Positions 57,601 through 64,000 of a stretch of DNA of 64,000 bases are shown in pieces (within the stretch, counting starts at the first letter, position 1; every line of letters starts with the position of its first letter). Below the pieces are notes generated by a model that was not told the origin of the DNA, ran no database searches, and saw nothing but the letters and a program-made list of their open reading frames with translations. The stretch lies in assembly GCA_964187785.1 (NCBI GenBank), contig OZ076409.1:43898001-43962000 (forward strand), read 5' to 3'. Source of the DNA: Amphiscolops sp. MND2022. Taxonomy: Eukaryota. Both the position numbers and the translations under genes were made by a program.

Positions 57601-60225
57601 CAAATTCAGAAGGCTATAAGTGGAGCAATTATTGAACAAATGTTACCACAGATTCAAGCCTCTCTTAGGTCCGGTTCCGGACAAATGCCCCAAAAGGGAT
57701 GGAACGTCCCAGCTGAGAAACCGGAAGATAGATCCGAAGGAACATTCAACCGTAAGGTCCGAAGCAGTTCACGGGATGTGTTCTCACGAAATCTAATTCA
57801 TGACCAAAATGAGGAGGAAGCTCGTTACAATAATTTAATCTGAAAACTTTGTTTCCTGCGTTGTTTGATCTGAATATGGAATGCATAAAGTCAAAGTAAA
57901 AGACACAATAGGAATGAAAAACAAATTGTTCGATAATGAAACAAACAATAACCGATCAATTATTTCCAGAATGTTAGGGCACAATTAAAGAAACTAATTG
58001 AAACTGATCCCAAAAGTACAGCAGGGATGACTATCGCAATGAATTGTGGGTTTGGATTATTTTAGTTAATTTTTGTTTTTTTTCTCCCAAAATGGTTTAG
58101 CTGCCGACCCTGATCAGCTTTGACTCAGTGGCAGTTCTTCGGTCTGCTTGGGCTGAGACTCTCAATCAGACATCTGGATCGTCCTTGACACCTGAGAACC
58201 TCAAACACAATTGCAGTGGACTCGAACCAAGAGGACCAGAAACAAAGAAAGTCATGGAAAAATTCATGGAAGTATTGAAACAGGTAAAAGGGGGCGGTGG
58301 GTATTATAGCCGAACTGCAATAACTCTTTTTGTAATATGGATTCCGAAGCGACTGTTGGTTAATGCTCTACTGGAAAACCTGAAGTCAGTATGCCCAAAT
58401 GCGACCAAATTGCGATGCCTCAGTATCTGTTGGTACTCAATATTGAGGCTACCCTAGTGCCAGAAGGGGCGTAGGGAATTTCCTAAGTGATGTTACAGCT
58501 CATTTTCAAACAATGCATGACAACTCACAAACATATGCAACAGCATGGGAACATCAGAAGATAAGAAGCAGGGAAGTTTGATTAAAAAAAGGAAAAACGG
58601 TACAATAAAAAATGAGGCATCACAAGCAAACGATCAGGGTGAGAAAAATAATATTTCAAACTTGTTCACGTTAAAGTCAACAAGTAAGTTAAAATTTACG
58701 TTAAACTCAAGATTCCCTGTGTTCAGTTGCTAATTAGTGGGAGTATTAAAAAAATTAACTTTCTCTCTGAATTTGATTAACGACAGTGCCACCAGTTTTT
58801 CAAACTTTACTGTTTGAAAATTTATATATTTTTTCGGTTTTTCATTTTCTTTGTGTACATCTAACGTTCTGCATGGCTAAATAAGAAAACAGTATAGTAC
58901 TTTGTTTTGTTTTTTTTGTTTGTTCAATTTTCGTCCCCTTTGGCTATGCTCAGCATTTTAGGACTTTATTTGAAATTTTTAAAACTTAGTAGTCCCATTT
59001 AGTTATCATCTACTCAGAGTCGAACGTTTGTACTTTTTTCAAACTGAACGATGTTACTGTCCACTGAAAAAAAAACGTCGACTTCAATGAAAATGCGCAT
59101 CATTCGAATTTGTTGACGTTATAACCAAACTTTTATAGTTCTTGTTAAAAAATACTATTACGCATACTATTACCTTACGCAATTAGTGAAACTCCAGTTT
59201 AATAATTTTGACTGTTTTAAACCATTTACTAATTCCGCATTTTGACTAGAATTCACCGCGTTCATATTACACTTTGCTGGACCACCACACTAATGGATTA
59301 CTACAGTCTTTGACAAATTTACACTAATTGACTATTTTACCCAAAATACTTTTTACACCAAGTAACCACTTTCCACTTTTGCGGGATATGTATCGTAATG
59401 TACATCCTAGGCCGAAGATCGCATCTAGTTAAAGATCGCATTCTGCCATTACGGATGCATCAAAAAAATGCGTTATTTCCGAGTTCAGTTAGGTTTTGAC
59501 CATGAAAAAAAAGCGGTGAAAGTACTCATTTTAGAAAGTACCTATCTATCTTTTTTGTATATACGCATGAACTAGGTTTCAGACTGGTAGAGGAATTTTT
59601 ATATTGAGATACCTCCGTTACTTTTTCTTTTTCTCTATCAAGCACTGAGGCTCATGTTCGGTGTTCATTTTAGACACGCATATCAGGGATGACTGGCAAT
59701 ATCCAGTTTGATTCACGAGGACTGAGGAAAAATTTGTCGCTGGAAGTGCACGAACTTTTGTCGTCAGGAGAGATGAAACAGGTCGGGAACTCTTTTCTTA
59801 TTTTTGAAAACAAATTCATATCAGAATGGGACCCATGAATTTTAGAATTTGTGCCTTAAATTTACCAGAAAAAAAAGATAAAATTTTTAATGAATCGAGA
59901 CTTTTCTGAATGGAAACGAAGTGTTTGTTCGAAGTTAGTTCATCAATCGGATTTCTATTCGAATTCGAAAAACAACAATTTGAATTCGAAAAGGAAAAGT
60001 TGAGAGGTACAACGATGGAAAAATATAACTACACGTTGTATGTATTAGGCGAACATTCTCTAGTATTATTTAATTTAAGATTCATTTGAATCTTCATTTT
60101 ATTCGCGATTTAAGGTAGCAGTTTGGGATGATGAAATAGCAGATTTCTACATCACCATACTCCCTACGCAAATCGGCAGTGGTCCTACCGATATCTCACG
60201 ACATCTAATAATCACATCAATCCTG
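42634..60225 (+). CDS. Ionotropic glutamate receptor (AMPA/kainate-like), N-terminal domain to start of S1; 5' end unresolved and 3' part beyond the last exon found
   Basis: Phase-compatible exons 42634-42801, 49808-49987, 51371-51487, 53750-53866, 54982-(55043 or 55088), 55285-55421, 55950-56058, 58101-58283, 59674-59781, 60115-60225. Motifs ICGVVEMGV, IQSFSDKFQVPYLT, LNMIPQL, YITDSDDG, NFVRGGASFTLF, ISFDSVAV, ISGMTGNIQFDSRGLRKN, VAVW, RHLIITSIL follow the usual iGluR order. Confidence 0.82.
42979..43633 (-). repeat. 3' LTR of Gypsy element 2
   Basis: Direct repeat of 49039-49693. Confidence 0.95.
43800..48988 (-). pseudogene. Gypsy gag-pol, disrupted
   Basis: Fragments 47738-48988 (Gag, VDTGS), 47395-47823, 46438-47388 (RT WLDD, RNase H), 45473-46108, 45025-45627 (IN zinc finger), 44348-45013 (IN core); clearly similar to element 1 throughout. 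Confidence 0.92.
49039..49693 (-). repeat. 5' LTR of Gypsy element 2
   Basis: Direct repeat of 42979-43633. Confidence 0.95.
49808..49987 (+). CDS. iGluR N-terminal domain exon
   Basis: TTTCTAG| ICGVVEMGVSSLL...IIQSFSDKFQVPYLT; donor position uncertain. Confidence 0.78.
50076..51098. repeat. TTCGAA-rich TIR element plus flank, tandemly duplicated (about 0.5 kb x2)
   Basis: About 50105-50607 is repeated at about 50616-51098; ends CACGG...AATAAGTTCGA / TTCGAACTTATTACCGTG are inverted. Confidence 0.85.
53983..54182. other. Assembly gap (200 N)
   Basis: Run of N. Confidence 1.
54185..54583 (+). mobile_element. Helentron/DINE-1-like element, partial (abuts assembly gap)
   Basis: GCACAGTGCCGAAAAA core and terminal AAGTCGGGCAC...GCGCCGACTAAAA. 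Confidence 0.6.
55285..55421 (+). CDS. iGluR N-terminal domain exon
   Basis: MRELGDTNIWIY...FLKEAQRLQMLTTSYDYTIL; donor AG|GTAAAA. Confidence 0.75.
56360..57829 (+). mobile_element. Probable solo LTR (about 1.47 kb) containing an ORF
   Basis: Ends TGTAATCGAG...CTCGTTACA form TG...CA inverted termini; flanks GTAAA/ATAAT only partly match; contains ORF 57253-57843. Confidence 0.45.
57253..57843 (+). CDS. Uncharacterised 196-aa ORF, probably retroelement-derived (Gag N-terminus-like), within an iGluR intron
   Basis: Basic N-terminus MPTTRKHKSKARKSR, helical-looking middle, frame runs off the putative LTR end. Confidence 0.4.
   Translation: MPTTRKHKSKARKSRDADLLSDLENTDIMLGSNHSERENSEFGNSARRPESPSYDALVDHNTNSHSNSVVREIRRFAGNGQLSGEIDSSSEINRSSGELNHSITQEMNGLMNRVNVQIQKAISGAIIEQMLPQIQASLRSGSGQMPQKGWNVPAEKPEDRSEGTFNRKVRSSSRDVFSRNLIHDQNEEEARYNNLI
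58101..58283 (+). CDS. iGluR N-terminal domain exon
   Basis: TTTAG| LPTLISFDSVAVLRSAW...NC...FMEVLKQ |GTAAAA. Confidence 0.8.
59674..59781 (+). CDS. iGluR N-terminal domain exon
   Basis: TRISGMTGNIQFDSRGLRKNLSLEVHEL, the GxTGxIxFDxxGxR motif. Confidence 0.88.
60115..60225 (+). CDS. iGluR exon, linker and start of S1
   Basis: VAVWDD...RHLIITSIL |GTGAGT. Confidence 0.82.
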
Positions 60226-60579
60226 GTGAGTTCAAGAAAAACCAGCACGCAAAAATCAGGTGGATAATTGAATTGGAGTAACAATTGCTTTTTTCAATAC
60301 TCGAGTTAACCCTTTTACTAGCATCTTGGCTGCCATGGCCAGATCTTTCCACGTTCTCACAACATCTTAGCGGCCACAGATCTCATGGTACGATTTTTAC
60401 TAAGATCTTAGTAACTAGTAAGATCTTAGTACACCAAGCTACTAGAAAGCTACAGACCTTCGATTGCGCTTACTATAAATTTCAAGGCGCATCATCGTTC
60501 AATATAATCGTTTTACAATAAAGTATCTGGAGCAAATGTTTTTGTAGCCTTGAGACCATTCTTGAACTTTCATTTTTAC

Positions 60580-60643
60580 GCTTTTTCTGAAACTGTTTTC
60601 TTAAAAACGGCCCGTTTTTAAGAAAACAGTTTTCAGAAAAAGC
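60580..60643. repeat. About 64-bp palindrome
   Basis: GCTTTTTCTGAAACTGTTTTCTTAAAAACGG-C-CCGTTTTTAAGAAAACAGTTTTCAGAAAAAGC. Confidence 0.85.
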
Positions 60644-61140
60644 TTCTGGGAACCACCAGAAACCGCTGTAATTCCATCAAACTGATATTCTTACGGAGTT
60701 AAAATGAAGAGTTCGCATTTTGTGATCATTTTGCCGTGTAAATTCTTGAAGAAAGCGTTTTCCGTAAAAGTGTTAGAATAAAAAAGTATAGGTCGGAATT
60801 AAAGGTACAAAGTTCTCCCATGCCTTGTTTGTTATGAACACCGGTTTTTGAGAAATTGCATGATAAATTTTGTGAAACGGCAAAATTCAAAAAATAAGGT
60901 AATTGTTATAACTTTTGTCATTTTTGTTAGATTTGAAAACAAAAACTATTTCTGAAATTCTGATTGAAACTAGAGAACGTTTTGCACCTGATACTTTTGT
61001 GCTAGTTCAATATGTGGAAATTTTTCGCGGTTTGAATTGTTTTGTCATAGCTTTTTATGGTTAGTTATGGTATTCCTGCTCGCCGTTCTTGATATCTACT
61101 CAAAATCTATTCTGCCAGAGTGATTATTGCTTTTTGTGAT

Positions 61141-61718
61141 CGGGCAGCGTAAATTTCGTTGTCAGAAATTTTGTCGTAGGGATTTCGTCGTAGGAAATTT
61201 CGTCGTATTAGCAAATCCAGAAGGTTCGTCGTCAGAAAATTTGTCGTCAGAACCTTCGTCGTATTGATTAATTAACAGCGTTCACGACAAGATGCCATTT
61301 TAATTATTCAATTATTTATTGATTGAAGTAAGTTCTTACGAACAAGTTTCATTTTGGCACCAAAATTGATTCAAATATAATTGCCTTCGATCAGCTCAGC
61401 AAGAAGCTTGTTGGGTAACGATATTTTCAATCTTGAACTATTTTATCAACCAAATATCAAAAAATAATCGAAAATTGCAGAAATTGTGAAAAAAATCTGT
61501 GACAAAAAGATGTTCAAAGAAAAATTATATTCGTTCGAAAGGCGAAACTTTTCTCTCAAAATCATAATTAGAAGTAGTCGATGCTAGCAAATTATTGCAC
61601 AATTAAGGATACTAAAAGACAATTCCAAATAGATAAGCGACAGCGTTTTATAGAACGTAATTAGCGACGGCGAAATTTTTGACGACTAAACTTCCGAGGA
61701 CTAAATTTCTGGTAACCG
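61141..61718. mobile_element. MITE with CGG...CCG termini and 4-bp TSD (copy 2)
   Basis: TGAT|CGGG...AACCG|TGAT; arrays of roughly 14-bp AAATTTCGTCGT units in inverted orientation at the two ends. Confidence 0.78.
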
Positions 61719-63149
61719 TGATCAGTATATTCTTCAAATTATTAACGCAAAGTACAGTACTGTGATTAAAAAAACGTCCCCCGGGCGATTTTAGGCCCGA
61801 TTTTCTCGAAATCCGTTGAAAATTTTGAGAAACATAAGAATTAAAAGTTTCTTAAAATTTCATCTAGTTTACATTAGTGTTTTTTAAATTTTTCTGGGAC
61901 AAAATTTGAGAAAGTTACAATTACCTGATTTTGAGCAAATTTGGGGCTTTTTTCCGTTTTACCAATTTTTGACCGTTTTATCCACAGTTTTTCGGCAAGT
62001 TTTATGCTCAAATAACTCGCACAAATCTACTGAATCTATGGGTATTTTTAGATTTCAAAAATTATCAACCGTTTTTGAAATATCATGCTCGAAATGTAAA
62101 ATTTCGTCGATTTACATGTATTAAGATAGGAAATGAACGTTTCACGGCGCAAAACTGCGATTATTTTTCCATTTAGAATGTTTTTGAAGCAAAAAATATC
62201 ATTGAATTCTATGAATTTAAAATTTTCAGAAAAATATTTCAAAAAGCTGCCCAAAACTGGGAAAATAGCAGAAGTGTTCTGTCTCCGCCGGAGATTTCAC
62301 TTGATGCGCCAATCAGAATTGAAAGTTTGAGCAAATACGCAATTCTAATTGGTTGATAACGACGCTTAGCGCATAGGGGGACGATTTCTTATTCACACTA
62401 CTGTATTGGTGCGTGTTTGTCAATTTTTGTTTCAAGCAGTGATAATTTTGTCAGTTTCCTTTGAAGCCCGTAACCTACTCACTCTCATCTGTTCGAAAGG
62501 ACTTGCTTTTGAGGCGCTTTTCTGTATGTTCAGCATAATGAAACGTTTTTCTTTCTCTGGTTGGTTGATCAGCTGTTTACTGTCCATGCTATCTGGATTT
62601 TACTCGGCGCTTTTTTTACAAAGAGTGACAGACTCTTAACAGAGTTAAAACTTTTTCGTGAGACCACTGACCTCGCTTTTTTACAGACTGGTCCACTTTT
62701 TACAGACTTTACGTCTTGGTTGAAGGAGCCCAAGGAGAATAACCTCTCTTTGAATTTTAAATAGTATGTACAGTATCCCCAAAAAAATTTTTCGGGACAA
62801 AAGGTCACGGGATTTTCGGCACTGTGCAACTTTTTTCGAATTTTCTATTTCCACCGGACGATTCCCCTTTAATTTTTTTCACGTTTCCAGTTAAGGCAAT
62901 ACGTTCAAGAGCGTGAAGAGTCCCCCTTAAGGTATTTCCTTTTTCGGTACTGCGCTGTTTTTCAAAATTTTCCCAATTTTAGTTTTTTAATGTTTTTGGA
63001 TAAAAAATGTTGCATGTTAGTATTTTTAGCATCGCTCTTACGTTAGTGCGAGTTTTCCTGAAATGCCGTGATCATATGTTGAGACGTTCCTCTCTTGCCA
63101 GTATTTCGCTCGTTGCAGTTGATGGTTTGTTCCGATTCGTGGTTTTTTT

Positions 63150-63690
63150 CGGCGCATTTTAATAGAAAATGAACGTGATTGTTAGGGTGGCAACGTTTTT
63201 TTCGTCAGATAACAGAATGTGTCCGTAGAGGACACTTTTTACAGAAACTACCAAACTACTGGTCCGGCCAGCGGAAAAGCATCTATGTTAGTGCAAAGGG
63301 TCCCCCTTTCATTTATTATATTTTAAACGGAACGCACAAAACCGGATGAGACTAAAGGGTCCCTTTGACATTTTTCCGGCATTTTGAGACTTTTCGAAAA
63401 TTTTTCAACGTGTACAATGGTTCCCCTTCAATTTTTTGATATTTTGCAGCAAATTGGATGTTAAAAAGCACAAAAGGTCCGTTTTTGACATTGTGCCTTG
63501 TTTCGATTTTTTTTCATCGATGCGTATTTTTTGATGTTTCCATTTTAAAAAAGAAGTTGTTCTATACGATATTTTTGCCACTCTAAAAATTATGAAAATT
63601 TCCAAAAATCCACCTTCTGAGCATTTTAATGAGACTTTGAGCTTTTTGAGCCTTAAGCGGGCGCCGCCTTTAGACGGTCCCGTCTTGTTT
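63150..63690 (-). mobile_element. Helentron/DINE-1-like element, reverse orientation
   Basis: Ends CTTTAGACGGTCCCGTCTTGTTT (reverse complement of the family start); body matches 17180-17345 in reverse. Confidence 0.68.
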
Positions 63691-64000
63691 CTGTTGATAA
63701 GACTTTGCTGATTTCTGATGTTTTGCAATTTATCTGGCAATGCGGTTTCATCTTCGGTGATATTTTGTTTGCCCGTCAGTTTGGAGCTTCGCATTGTAAC
63801 CTGTTTGGTTTCTCCGAATGTTTCTCCGAATGGCTAGTCAACAAAAACCTTGATTTTTGTTTTTCTGTCGTTTTTTAATTAATCCGTTGAATGTGGTTTT
63901 CTTTTTGGTCGGCGCTTTCATAGAAATCGCAGACTATAGTGGTGGCTTCTCTTTTTTAAGGCCAGCGAACCGACCGTTTTCTATTTAAAAAATTCAAAAA

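Overview
AT-rich, repeat-dense animal (probably invertebrate) genomic DNA with spliceosomal introns; no prokaryotic operons, CRISPR arrays or rRNA. Two host genes lie on the + strand: a complete 9-exon TTLL2-like tubulin polyglutamylase (13739-34677, about 771 aa by my exon joining) and the 5' part (N-terminal domain to start of S1) of an ionotropic glutamate receptor (about 42634 to beyond the window end). Mobile DNA dominates: a decayed Tc1 transposon (1162-9841) split by a full-length decayed BEL/Pao LTR retrotransposon (1832-9210, 5-bp TSD); two related Ty3/Gypsy (Mag-like) elements inserted antisense in host introns (19288-25202 and 42979-49693); several Helentron/DINE-1-like non-autonomous elements, MITEs, a tRNA-derived SINE and a probable solo LTR. 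Most notable: (1) a frameshifted SGNH/GDSL hydrolase ORF between the 5' LTR and gag of the BEL/Pao element; (2) a GT...GG non-canonical intron needed to rebuild the TTLL2 frame; (3) both Gypsy elements share a WLDD RT motif and an unassigned conserved domain between RNase H and integrase; (4) recurrent fold-back palindromes up to about 770 bp. All alignments and family assignments were done by eye from recalled motifs, with no database searches.
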